Below, one piece after another: positions 28,083-37,463 of a stretch of 64,000 nt of DNA (positions are counted from its first letter, which is position 1; each line of letters starts with the position of its first letter). Source of the stretch: an uncultured Clostridia bacterium (GTDB lineage: Bacteria; Bacillota; Clostridia; TANB77; CAG-508). The translations under genes and the position numbers were made by a program. The stretch lies in contig CAMMZC010000004.1 in NCBI GenBank assembly GCA_946529215.1, forward strand, positions 1,618 to 65,617, given 5' to 3'. The notes under the pieces were generated by a model that was not told where the DNA came from, did not search any database, and worked only from the letters and a program-made list of their open reading frames with translations.

Positions 28083-29063
28083 TTGAATATTATAGAAGTA
28101 AACAATCTTTCAAAAGATTATAAATACAAAGTAAAAAACAAAGAAAGAGGATTTTTATACAATCTATTTAATGAAAAAGAGAAAGTCGTAAAAGCTGTAG
28201 ATAATATTTCTTTTAATGTAGAAGCTGGAGAAACTGTTGCATTTATAGGACCAAATGGTGCAGGCAAATCAACTACTATTAAAATGCTAACAGGTATTTT
28301 GTATCCAACAGAAGGAAATATTAAAATATGTGGATGTACTCCAATAAAAGATAGAAATAAATTAGCTTACAATATTGGAACAGTATTTGGGCAAAGGAGT
28401 CAATTATTGCCAAACTTACCATTAACAGAAAGTATGGAAATGTTTGGTGCTATGTATGATGTGAATAAATCTGCAATAAAAAATAGAATAGAGGATTTAT
28501 CAAAATTATTTGGTTTAGAAGATTTTATTCAGCAACCTGTCAGAAAACTTTCGCTAGGACAGAGAATGAGAGCAGAAATTGCAACTTCATTAATACATAG
28601 TCCAAAAATAATATTCCTAGATGAACCAACAATAGGACTAGATGTTGTTTCAAAAAAGAGTTTACGAGATTTACTACTAAAAATAAATAGAGAAGAAAAT
28701 GTAACTATATTTCTAACAAGTCATGATACAGAAGATATCCAAAGTATATGTGATAGATGCATAATAATAAATCACGGAAAAATAATTATTGATACTGCTA
28801 CAAATAATTTAATGAGTGAATATATAAAAAATAAAAATATAATAATAACTCCAAATGTTGAATTTAATGAATTCCCAGAGTTGAAAGAAGGAATGGAATA
28901 TGTCCAAAAAGATACTAACCAAATAAATGTAAGTGTAGATACAGAAAAAATAGATATCAAAGATGCTTTACGAGAATTGATTAAGACTCATGATATTGAT
29001 GATATAAACATAATAAACGAATCACTTGAAAGCATAATAAGGAGTATTTATGAAAAAAATTAA
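28083..29063 (+). CDS. ABC transporter ATP-binding protein (ABC-2 exporter type); start codon uncertain (TTG 28083, GTG 28074 or ATT 28077)
   Basis: Walker A (GPNGAGKST), signature (LSLGQRMRAEIATSL), Walker B (IIFLDEPTIGLD). The RBS agggagg lies at 28065-71. A hairpin, ggacaaa-N9-tttgtcc, lies at 28031-55 just upstream. Confidence 0.75.
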   Translation: MNIIEVNNLSKDYKYKVKNKERGFLYNLFNEKEKVVKAVDNISFNVEAGETVAFIGPNGAGKSTTIKMLTGILYPTEGNIKICGCTPIKDRNKLAYNIGTVFGQRSQLLPNLPLTESMEMFGAMYDVNKSAIKNRIEDLSKLFGLEDFIQQPVRKLSLGQRMRAEIATSLIHSPKIIFLDEPTIGLDVVSKKSLRDLLLKINREENVTIFLTSHDTEDIQSICDRCIIINHGKIIIDTATNNLMSEYIKNKNIIITPNVEFNEFPELKEGMEYVQKDTNQINVSVDTEKIDIKDALRELIKTHDIDDINIINESLESIIRSIYEKN

Positions 29064-29847
29064 GTATGCTTTTACAGTAATTAGAATTTTTATGAAAAAT
29101 CAAATACAAGATCGAACAAATTTAATATTAGATGTTTTCAATATGATTGCAAGATGTTTTATTGTGTTCTTGTTATATGCTTACATATTTGAATTAAATG
29201 GTGGTAGAATTAATGGAGTTGATTATAAAACAACAATGTGGAGTATGTTTATATATTTTTGTATTATGATTTTTAATGTTAGAAGATTAGACAATATAAT
29301 AATGACTGATGTAAGAAGCGGAAATGTTGAAATGTTTATGAATAAACCATCTAATTATCTTACAATAAGCTTTATGAATGTTATAGGAAAAGGCATTTTT
29401 TCATTTTTATTCATAAGCATATTAGGAAGTATTATTATGGCATTTGCTGTAGGTGTTCCAAATTTAAATTTACCTGTATTTATTCCTACATTTTTCATAG
29501 TATTAATTCTAGGCCAAATTTTAGGATTATTAGTGTATGGAATTATAGGTCTTATGGCATTTTTTATACAAGATATCAGACCTATCCATTGGATAGTTGA
29601 TAAAATTGTTATGATACTTGGGGGGAGTTATTTACCTATATCAATGTTTCCTAACTTTATGAAATTATTTGCATTTGTAAGTCCTTTTGGAGCAATAAAT
29701 TTTGCATCTAGCACTGTATATGAATCATGGAATAACGAATTTATTATTAGAATTGTTTTACAGCTTTTTTGGATAGTAGTATTTGGAATTTTATTAAGAT
29801 ATGTGTATAAAAAATCCAAAGAAAAAGCTATGATAAATGGAGGTTGA
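29050..29847 (+). CDS. ABC-2 family transporter permease
   Basis: 265 aa with 6 TM helices. Its start overlaps the ATPase stop. Confidence 0.6.
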   Translation: MKKIKYAFTVIRIFMKNQIQDRTNLILDVFNMIARCFIVFLLYAYIFELNGGRINGVDYKTTMWSMFIYFCIMIFNVRRLDNIIMTDVRSGNVEMFMNKPSNYLTISFMNVIGKGIFSFLFISILGSIIMAFAVGVPNLNLPVFIPTFFIVLILGQILGLLVYGIIGLMAFFIQDIRPIHWIVDKIVMILGGSYLPISMFPNFMKLFAFVSPFGAINFASSTVYESWNNEFIIRIVLQLFWIVVFGILLRYVYKKSKEKAMINGG

Positions 29848-29850
29848 TTT

Positions 29851-30642
29851 ATGAGAAGCATAAAGTTAGCTTTATTAAATATTAAGAAAAATATAAAAAA
29901 TGAAAAAGAATTAAAAAGTTCATTTATAATCTCAGTTGTAGGAATGATGTTAAACAATATAGCATTTTTAATTCTGTGGTATTATTTTGGAAAAACAGTA
30001 GGAGAATTAAATGGATGGAAACCAATGGATATATTTGGATTATATGGATTTTCTTGTACTAGCTTTGGAATAGTGGCTTCATTATTTTATGGATTGTTTG
30101 AGATACCAAACTATATAAGTACAGGTAATTTTGATAAATACTTATTAACACCCAAAAATATTCTTTTAAAAGTTTCAACATCAAAAATATCAACAAGTGC
30201 ATTTGGGGACTTATTATTTGGAATTACTTGTTTTATAATATTTTCAGTATATAGTAAAATATCTTTAATACAATTGATGTTAGCAATTTTTTTAATTATT
30301 ATATCATCAATAGTGTTTTACGCATTTTCACTAGTATGTATGAGTATCTCATTTTATCTAATGGATGGATATAATGTTTCTCAAGGCTTATATGGAATGT
30401 TTGTAAGCAATTCAATTTACCATGGAGGAGCATATACAGGGGTATTAAGAATTGTTTTTACTTTTGTAATGCCATCACTATTATTAGGTGCGATACCAGT
30501 TGAAATTATAAAAAATATATCTTTAAAAAGTATAATAATGATTGTATTATTAGCAATTTGCTGGTTGATTTTTTCAATTGGATTTTTTTATAAGTCATTA
30601 AAAAAATATGAAAGTAATAATTTATATGGATTTGGTGGATAA
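29851..30642 (+). CDS. ABC-2 family transporter permease
   Basis: 263 aa with 6 TM helices. It starts 3 nt after the previous gene. Confidence 0.6.
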   Translation: MRSIKLALLNIKKNIKNEKELKSSFIISVVGMMLNNIAFLILWYYFGKTVGELNGWKPMDIFGLYGFSCTSFGIVASLFYGLFEIPNYISTGNFDKYLLTPKNILLKVSTSKISTSAFGDLLFGITCFIIFSVYSKISLIQLMLAIFLIIISSIVFYAFSLVCMSISFYLMDGYNVSQGLYGMFVSNSIYHGGAYTGVLRIVFTFVMPSLLLGAIPVEIIKNISLKSIIMIVLLAICWLIFSIGFFYKSLKKYESNNLYGFGG

Positions 30643-30695
30643 TTGGACAAAGGTATGTTTCTTTTGTATAAAGAAAAAAAGGAGGTTGATCATAA

Positions 30696-31258
30696 TGAAA
30701 TATTTTAAAAAATTAATAGGAGAAAGAATATATTTATCTCCAATGAATATAGAAGATGCAGAAAAATATGTGGAATGGTTTTGTGATTTTAAAATGACAG
30801 ATGGAGTTGGAAAAAGCAGTAGCATTACAACAGTTCAATCAGAAATAGAGTGGATTGAAAATAATAATAAAAATGGTGATTTGAATTTTGCAATTGTTAA
30901 TTTAGAAAATGATGAACTAATAGGAAACTGCGGAATTATGCATATAAATCATAAAGATAGATGTGCAGAAGTAGGACTATTTATAGGAAATGAGGAAAAC
31001 AGAAATAAAGGATATGGAGCAGAAACTTTACAACTACTATTAGATTATGGTTTTAATTATTTAAACTTAAATAATATTCATCTTGGAGTTATGGCTTTTA
31101 ATGAGAGGGCTATAGCATGCTATAAAAAAGTTGGATTTAAAGAATATGGAAGAAGAAGAGAAAGCTATTTCTTAAATGGAAAATACTATGATCACGTTTT
31201 TATGGATATTCTTGCAAGAGAATTTGATGGAAGCTATATAAAAAATAAAAATGCATAA
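30696..31258 (+). CDS. GNAT family N-acetyltransferase (RimL-like)
   Basis: The RBS aggagg precedes ATG 30696 (MKYFKKLIGERIYL...). The track ORF starts upstream at 30608. Motif A: NEENRNKGYGAETLQLLLDYGF. Confidence 0.7.
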
Positions 31259-31341
31259 TTATACCTATTTTGAATACAATATAAATATCCGTAAAAAAAT
31301 TACGGCAAATATTGACAAATGCAAAACGAAGGAGTATAATT

Positions 31342-32472
31342 ATGATAGGTGATAATATGTTAGAAAAATTTAGTGTAAAGAATTATAAAAATTTTAAAGA
31401 TGAAATAACTATAGATTTCAAAGAAAAGCACGATTATCAATTTAACAAAAATTGTATAAAAGATGGAGTTTTAAATAAGGTCATAATATTTGGAAATAAT
31501 GGCGAAGGAAAGAGCAATATCGGATATGCAATATTCGATATTGTTGGAACATTAACAGATAAATATACTATTCCGCCACAAGCAAATGACTTTCTTAATG
31601 CAGATAGTGACTGCAAAGAAGCTGAGTTTTCATATACATTTAAATTTGGAGATATTATTGTACAATATAATTATAAAAAAAGTGAATTTAAAAAGATGAC
31701 ATTTGAAGAATTATATATTAACAATGAAAAAGTATATGAATATGATTTTGTAAAAAAGAGTTTTAATCATCAAAATATGAAAATGATTGAGGCTGAAACA
31801 TTAAATTTTGAATATTATGAAGCCAATATAGCTGTCCTAAGATATATTGCAAACAATACAACTCAAACAGATGAGTCAATAGTTAAGAAAATAATGCAAT
31901 TTGTAACTAGAATGTTATGGTTTAGATCATTAAGGGATAATAGTTTTATTGGAATGGAAATAGAGAATACAGATATAGCAGAATGGATTATATCGAACAA
32001 TTTAGTTAAAGAGTTTAATGAATTTTTAAGAGAAAATGCAAATTTGAATTTAAATGTAGGAAATGCGGAATTAATGGGAACTAAAAATACTAATATTTTA
32101 ATAGAAAAACATAAACATAGACCATTAGTGTTTAATAATGTTGCATCATCTGGAACTAATTCTCTATTATTGTATTTTTACTGGTATAAACATTTTAAAG
32201 ATGTTAAATTTCTATTTATAGACGAATTTGATGCATTTTATCATTTTGAATTGTCTAGAAATATCATAAAAAATTTGCTTAAATATGACAATATGCAAAC
32301 TATACTGACATCACATAACACCTATTTAGTGGATAATAATTTATTAAGACCAGATTGTTATTTTATATTAAAAGATGGAGCTTTGAAGTCATTTGCGGAT
32401 AGTACAGATAGAGAATTACGAGAAGGCCATAATCTAGAAAAAATGCTAAGACAAGGGGAATTTAATGGATAA
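31342..32472 (+). CDS. AAA_21/ABC-type ATPase, AbiLi/RloA-like, the ATPase of an OLD/PARIS/AbiL-type defense pair
   Basis: N-terminal FSVKNYKNFKD...KVIIFGNNGEGKSNIGYAIFDIVG (Walker A). The C-terminus has LFIDEFDAFYH (Walker B) and TSHN (D/H-loop). The RBS aaggag precedes ATG 31342. The track ORF starts at 31312. Confidence 0.65.
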   Translation: MIGDNMLEKFSVKNYKNFKDEITIDFKEKHDYQFNKNCIKDGVLNKVIIFGNNGEGKSNIGYAIFDIVGTLTDKYTIPPQANDFLNADSDCKEAEFSYTFKFGDIIVQYNYKKSEFKKMTFEELYINNEKVYEYDFVKKSFNHQNMKMIEAETLNFEYYEANIAVLRYIANNTTQTDESIVKKIMQFVTRMLWFRSLRDNSFIGMEIENTDIAEWIISNNLVKEFNEFLRENANLNLNVGNAELMGTKNTNILIEKHKHRPLVFNNVASSGTNSLLLYFYWYKHFKDVKFLFIDEFDAFYHFELSRNIIKNLLKYDNMQTILTSHNTYLVDNNLLRPDCYFILKDGALKSFADSTDRELREGHNLEKMLRQGEFNG

Positions 32473-33217
32473 AAAGAATTTGCTATTTATAACAGAAGGA
32501 GAAATCGATGAACCAAAGTTTATAGAAAAAATGTTAAAAAAATGCCTACCTAATGTAGAATATAATGTTTATTCGTATACTACAACTATACATACATTAG
32601 CAAGAAAACTATTTAGCAAAAATGGAGAGATTGATGAAGATTTGGATATTAAAGGTGTTTTAAAAGAAGAAGAAACTGATTTGTCTAAAAGACGAATATT
32701 AGAAAAAAGTTATACTGATATAATTTTAGTTTTTGACTTTGAGCCACATTGCGATTCTCCTGAATTTGAAAAAATAAAAAAGATGCTACAATACTTCACT
32801 GATTCATCAAATATGGGAAAGCTATATATTAATTATCCTATGATGCAATCATATAAACATTTAAAAAAAATGCCAGATAATGATTTTATGAATAGAAAAA
32901 TAGCAAGGCAAGATGCATCAAAATATAAAGATATAGTAAACGATGAAAGCTTTTACAAAAATTTAAGCAAATATAATTATCCAATTTTTATGGGAATAAT
33001 AGGTCATCATCTTATGAAAGCAAATTATATATTAAACAGAAAATATGAGTTAATGAGTAGGGATGAATTTATAAATTTGGATTACATTAAAATATATGAT
33101 AAAGAATGGAGGTCTAATAGAAAAGATGGTGTAGTAGATGTTCTAAATACTTTTGTATTTTTTATAGTTGAATATAATTCAACAAGAATGATAGAAAAAG
33201 TAAAAGAGTTTATGTGA
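32465..33217 (+). CDS. RloB-like / AbiLii-like Toprim-family protein, partner of the preceding ATPase
   Basis: It starts with an 8-nt overlap on the ATPase stop (ATGGATAA). The N-terminal LLFITEGEIDEPKFIEKML resembles the RloB signature (i.cEGktE..Yf), and the later ILVFDFE sits at the vvfDrD position. Confidence 0.55.
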   Translation: MDKKNLLFITEGEIDEPKFIEKMLKKCLPNVEYNVYSYTTTIHTLARKLFSKNGEIDEDLDIKGVLKEEETDLSKRRILEKSYTDIILVFDFEPHCDSPEFEKIKKMLQYFTDSSNMGKLYINYPMMQSYKHLKKMPDNDFMNRKIARQDASKYKDIVNDESFYKNLSKYNYPIFMGIIGHHLMKANYILNRKYELMSRDEFINLDYIKIYDKEWRSNRKDGVVDVLNTFVFFIVEYNSTRMIEKVKEFM

Positions 33218-33265
33218 AAAAGACTATAGAGTTTATTATATATTTTAAAACTGGAATATATTATT

Positions 33266-33292
33266 AGAGGATACAATCACGTATCCTCTTTA
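33266..33292. terminator. Hairpin (agaggatac-aatcac-gtatcctct) followed by ttaattat; a sequence relative of the hairpin at 21013-21034
   Basis: Inverted repeat seen directly. Two more hairpins follow: ggaaagt-tac-actttcc at 33301-17, and ggtttttt...aaaaacc near 33382-33402. Confidence 0.4.
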
Positions 33293-33427
33293 ATTATATA
33301 ATAGGAAAGTTACACTTTCCATTAAAAAAATTTAATTTTATTTTCACTTCGAGTTGCGTAGCTACTTTAGAAGCTTTATAGGGTTTTTTATTATATAAAA
33401 CCTGATGCGTAAAATATTTCTTCAGCC

Positions 33428-34567
33428 TTACAAAATAGCCCCTAAAACAAATATACCCAAAATATCATTATAAATAGTATCAAACTGAGATATTGGAAGC
33501 GGGTTTTGACCTTCACCTACTTCAACAGTATATCCTGGTCTATTGTAATCTTGAATAAACCAATCTTTGTATCCTGCAAAGCTTGAATTAAATGGAGTTT
33601 TTTCTAAAGAATAGCCACTTACTCTTGCAAATTCATTTCCAATGAATAAGGCTCTTGGTGGATTATAGTTTTGAAATTGCCAAAAGATTACTTCACCTTG
33701 AGTATGAAATGCTATAACTAAGCTAAAATTATGTTGTAAAGTAAAGTTATAAATAGCTAAAGATTCTGGTTCTGTTAGTGGACCAAATCCTACAAAATCT
33801 CGTGGAGCAGGTGAGGTGAATCCTTGAGAAAATTTAATCTGTCTTGCTTGTTCCCAACCTGCAGGAAATTGCAGATTTAGGTCAATTCCGCCCGGATATT
33901 TGCTTTCCAACCATCAGGGAAAGGAATATTTGGGTAACGGCTAGCAATAAGCTCTGTATTTGTATATAAAGAGGAATTTGGGCTTATTTCTCCTGTGACT
34001 AGATCAACTCCATCAGGATTAACCATTGGCATAATATAAATTGTGCAATAATTATAAATGTTTCTTGCATTTACTTCATAAATTGGCAGATTATTTGTGT
34101 AGCAGTAACAATAATCAGCTAAGAATTTCATAATCAAAGGGGTACAAATCCATTCGTTTGCGTGGAACGAGCTTGAGTAAAATACCTCTCTAGAACCATT
34201 TCCAATTTTTATAACAGGAAGTGGTTTACCAAGCACACTTCTTCCAACAGATGTAATTTCTATAAAAGGATAAAGTCTTTTTAAGCTATCTAGATTTATT
34301 TGCAAAATAGATGAGCTATAACGAATATTGGTTGGAACAATAAATCCTAAACCACCATCTATGTATGGACGAAGTGCAAACCAAGTACGAGGACCAACAA
34401 TCCCATCTGCAACTAGATTGTTTTGCTTTTGAAACTGGGTTACTGCGTTTTTTAAATTAGGACCAAAAATGCCATCAATTTTTCCACGATATAGTCCTAA
34501 ATAAATAAGTATATTTTGCAGAAATTCTACCATCGGACCGAGTAGATCCAATTCTTAAAGTTTTCAT
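33428..34567 (-). pseudogene. Frameshifted gamma-D-glutamyl-L-diamino-acid endopeptidase (peptidoglycan-binding domain plus M14 zinc carboxypeptidase), at least two frameshifts
   Basis: Three minus-strand frames encode one protein. ATG 34567 gives MKTLRIGST... and then a stop. The TTG-initiated 224-aa ORF has the PG_binding_1 motif (GPNLKNAVTQFQKQNNLVADGIVGPRTWFAL) and the M14 Zn motif (SSFHANEW). The overlapping 160-aa ORF (33428-33910) continues the M14 domain in another frame. Confidence 0.6.
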
Positions 34568-34818
34568 TTAAAATATCATTCCTTTCTTGCTTAACTTAAA
34601 GGCATATGTAGCTATGGAAGACTATTTCTTTCAAACTAATTACCTAAAATATTATATGCATTAATTATTGCATAGTGTCTTTGATAAAAAAATTTAAAAA
34701 ATTTGCATAAATTGACTTTTTTTATATTTTATGTTATATTTTATATTAATAGGAATAATGTTTAAAATTTATAGTTATATGACGTAATAAATGAAAATTA
34801 GAAAGGAATGATTTTAAT

Positions 34819-35343
34819 ATGGAGAAAAAATCAATAGAAGAATTTAGAAAAAAAATTAGAGAAGCGGTTCATAAATTACAAACAACATTACCAAACCCAT
34901 TGACAAAAGAAGAAGAAGTATCAATAACTGCACTTATAAATATATTTGCTGCATACACAATAGAGAGTGGATGTGGAGGAACATTTGACTTACTAGATTT
35001 AATAGGGATGCCAATTTCGGAGTATGAAGATAATTGTATAGATGAAAATAAAGATAATACAAAAGAATATGACAGATATATAGAAACAATTGAAGAAATT
35101 ATAAAAAATAGTCCACCTTTATTATCATCAAGTAAAAATGAACAAGAAATAGCTGAAAAAATACCCTATCTTCATATACTTATAGATGATGATTTAAAAA
35201 TAGTAAATCATGCAAGTCAATTTTTGTATAGTACAGATAAAAATGATAAAGTAATAAATGATTATTTTGTAAAGTCGCATGCACAACATATTAGAGATAT
35301 AGGAAAAGAAAAAAGTGATAGATTAGAAGATATAACTATCTAG
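34819..35343 (+). CDS. Hypothetical protein (174 aa)
   Basis: ORF with the RBS aaaggaatg upstream. No family recognised. Confidence 0.45.
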   Translation: MEKKSIEEFRKKIREAVHKLQTTLPNPLTKEEEVSITALINIFAAYTIESGCGGTFDLLDLIGMPISEYEDNCIDENKDNTKEYDRYIETIEEIIKNSPPLLSSSKNEQEIAEKIPYLHILIDDDLKIVNHASQFLYSTDKNDKVINDYFVKSHAQHIRDIGKEKSDRLEDITI

Positions 35344-35365
35344 GATTTTAAAAATTATAAAATTT

Positions 35366-35394
35366 AAAACAAGTAGGATATTCCTACTTGTTTT
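35366..35394. terminator. Bidirectional terminator hairpin between convergent genes
   Basis: aaaacaagtaggata/ttcctacttgtttt is a perfect 13-bp stem flanked by A and T runs. It lies between the + gene ending at 35343 and asnB, which ends at 35393 on the - strand. Confidence 0.55.
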
Positions 35395-37240
35395 AAATTT
35401 TTACTTCTGGTTCATACCTTTCAAGCCACATATTTACCTGACAAAGATAAGCCATAAGTTGAGGACCTGTCATTAGCTGACCAAACCAAGGTCTTGAAAA
35501 AGCCTTTCCATCTGTTTCTAATATTTCCAAAATATAGTTTCTATTTAAAAGATAATTTATAGGAGCATTTGAATCAGACATTATTTTAGAAAGCATTTCT
35601 TTAACTTTTGCAAGATAAGTAGGATTGTGAGTTTTAGGGTATGGAGATTTTTTTCTTTCTACAATTTCTTCAGGTAAGAAGTCTTTGCACACATAACGAA
35701 GCAAGCCTTTTTCACGTCCATTTAAAGCTTTCATTTCCCAAGGCACATTCCACATATATTCAGCTAAACGATAGTCGCAAAATGGTACACGAATTTCGAG
35801 TCCATTATACATTCCCATTCTATCAGTTCTCTCTAGCAAAGTTTGCATAAACCAATTTATTGTTAAGTAAGAAATTTTTCGCTTTTCAGCGGTTTCTTTA
35901 GAGTCGCAATCTAAAATTTCTACTTCACTTAGACTTTCATTATATCTGTAATCAATATAGTCTTTTAAATTCACTTCTTTTGCAATAGATGGATTTAAAA
36001 TATGTTGTCTTTCTTTAATTGCAATTGACCAAGGAAAAGTACCAGATTCTAGTGCGTCTTTTCTAAAGAACCAAGGATATCCTCCAAAAATCTCATCTGC
36101 ACATTCACCCATTAAGACTACAGTTTGCTCTTGCTTCACAGTTTTGCAAAATAAAATCAAAGAAGAGTCGACATCAGCCATTCCAGGCACATCTCTTGCA
36201 AGCATTGCATCTTCCAAATATTTTGCTAAATCAGGAGTATCTAAAACTACTTTTTGATTTACAGAATAGCTATTTTCAGTCATCAAATTTATATAGTAAT
36301 TATCTGAATTTGGTTGAAAATCAGATTTTACAAAATTTTTATCATTATCCACATAATCCACAGAATATGTAGAAATTGGGGATAAGTTATTTGATTTTCT
36401 ATAGTTTCCGATAAGTTTTGTTAAAATACTTGAGTCAAGACCACCTGAAAGAAATGTACAAAGTGGAACATCAGAAACAAGTTGTCTATTAATAGAATCT
36501 TCAAGCAAGCTTCTTAAATGCTCACAAGTATCGTGAAAACTTTCTGTATGTGGTTTACTTTCAAGTTTCCAATATCTTTCAATATGAAGACCAGATTTAT
36601 TTAAAACTGCAAAATGTGCAGGTTTTATTTCAAAAATATTTTTATAAACAGTAAATCCTGGGGTATGTGCAGGGCCAATACCAAATAGCTCAGAAATTCC
36701 TTGCTTATCTATAGTTTTAGGCATATTTGGAAATTTAAAAATTGCCTTTAGTTCAGAAGCAAATATAAATGTATCATCAAAAATAGCATAAAATAAAGGC
36801 TTTACACCAAAGTGGTCTCTTGCTAAAAACAATTCTTCTTCACGTGAGTTCCAAATTGCAAAACTAAAAATTCCATTTAAATGATGAACTACATCTTTAC
36901 CATAGTGAATATAGCTTTTTAGTAAAACTTCTGTATCTGAATGGCTTTCAAATTCAAAACCATTTTCTTTTAGTGTTTCTCGCAGTTCTTTTGTATTGTA
37001 TATTTGACCATTATACACAATTACATATTCTCCAAAAGAGTATTTTTTTATCATTGGCTGTTTTCCGCCTTCTGGGTCAATTACAATAAGCCTTTTGTGT
37101 CCTAATGCTACATGCTCTTTTAAATAATATCCATCTTCATCAGGACCTCTTTTACTAAGCTCATTTGTCATTTGAGTTAATACGTTTTTGTTAGTTGAAA
37201 TATTTTTTTTATAATTTACAAATCCAACAATTCCACACAT
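35393..37240 (-). CDS. asnB: Asparagine synthase (glutamine-hydrolysing)
   Basis: N-terminal MCGIVGF (class-II glutamine amidotransferase Cys2), the SGGLDSS PP-loop and a typical length of 615 aa. Confidence 0.9.
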   Translation of the reverse strand: MCGIVGFVNYKKNISTNKNVLTQMTNELSKRGPDEDGYYLKEHVALGHKRLIVIDPEGGKQPMIKKYSFGEYVIVYNGQIYNTKELRETLKENGFEFESHSDTEVLLKSYIHYGKDVVHHLNGIFSFAIWNSREEELFLARDHFGVKPLFYAIFDDTFIFASELKAIFKFPNMPKTIDKQGISELFGIGPAHTPGFTVYKNIFEIKPAHFAVLNKSGLHIERYWKLESKPHTESFHDTCEHLRSLLEDSINRQLVSDVPLCTFLSGGLDSSILTKLIGNYRKSNNLSPISTYSVDYVDNDKNFVKSDFQPNSDNYYINLMTENSYSVNQKVVLDTPDLAKYLEDAMLARDVPGMADVDSSLILFCKTVKQEQTVVLMGECADEIFGGYPWFFRKDALESGTFPWSIAIKERQHILNPSIAKEVNLKDYIDYRYNESLSEVEILDCDSKETAEKRKISYLTINWFMQTLLERTDRMGMYNGLEIRVPFCDYRLAEYMWNVPWEMKALNGREKGLLRYVCKDFLPEEIVERKKSPYPKTHNPTYLAKVKEMLSKIMSDSNAPINYLLNRNYILEILETDGKAFSRPWFGQLMTGPQLMAYLCQVNMWLERYEPEVKI

Positions 37241-37463
37241 AAGCTCCTCCTATTAAGTACAATTCACAGTTTAATATATTTATTATATTAACTTTGAGTA
37301 GTACTATGATTAGCAGTGAATTGCAAATCTTTATAAAGTATTATATGCAATATTTTGAAAAATGTTATTGATATTTAAGAAAGATTATAGTAAAATAGGT
37401 TTAAAAAGAAAAAGTAAATTTGAAATAACAAAATATTTAACATAAATAGAATGGAGGAGCACA

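Noticed and set aside
37262-37321. An imperfect inverted repeat, caattcacag ... cagtgaattg, spaced 50 nt apart upstream of asnB.
   Set aside because: It has a single mismatch, the spacing is long, and it has no known regulator context. I could not tell it apart from chance in AT-rich DNA.
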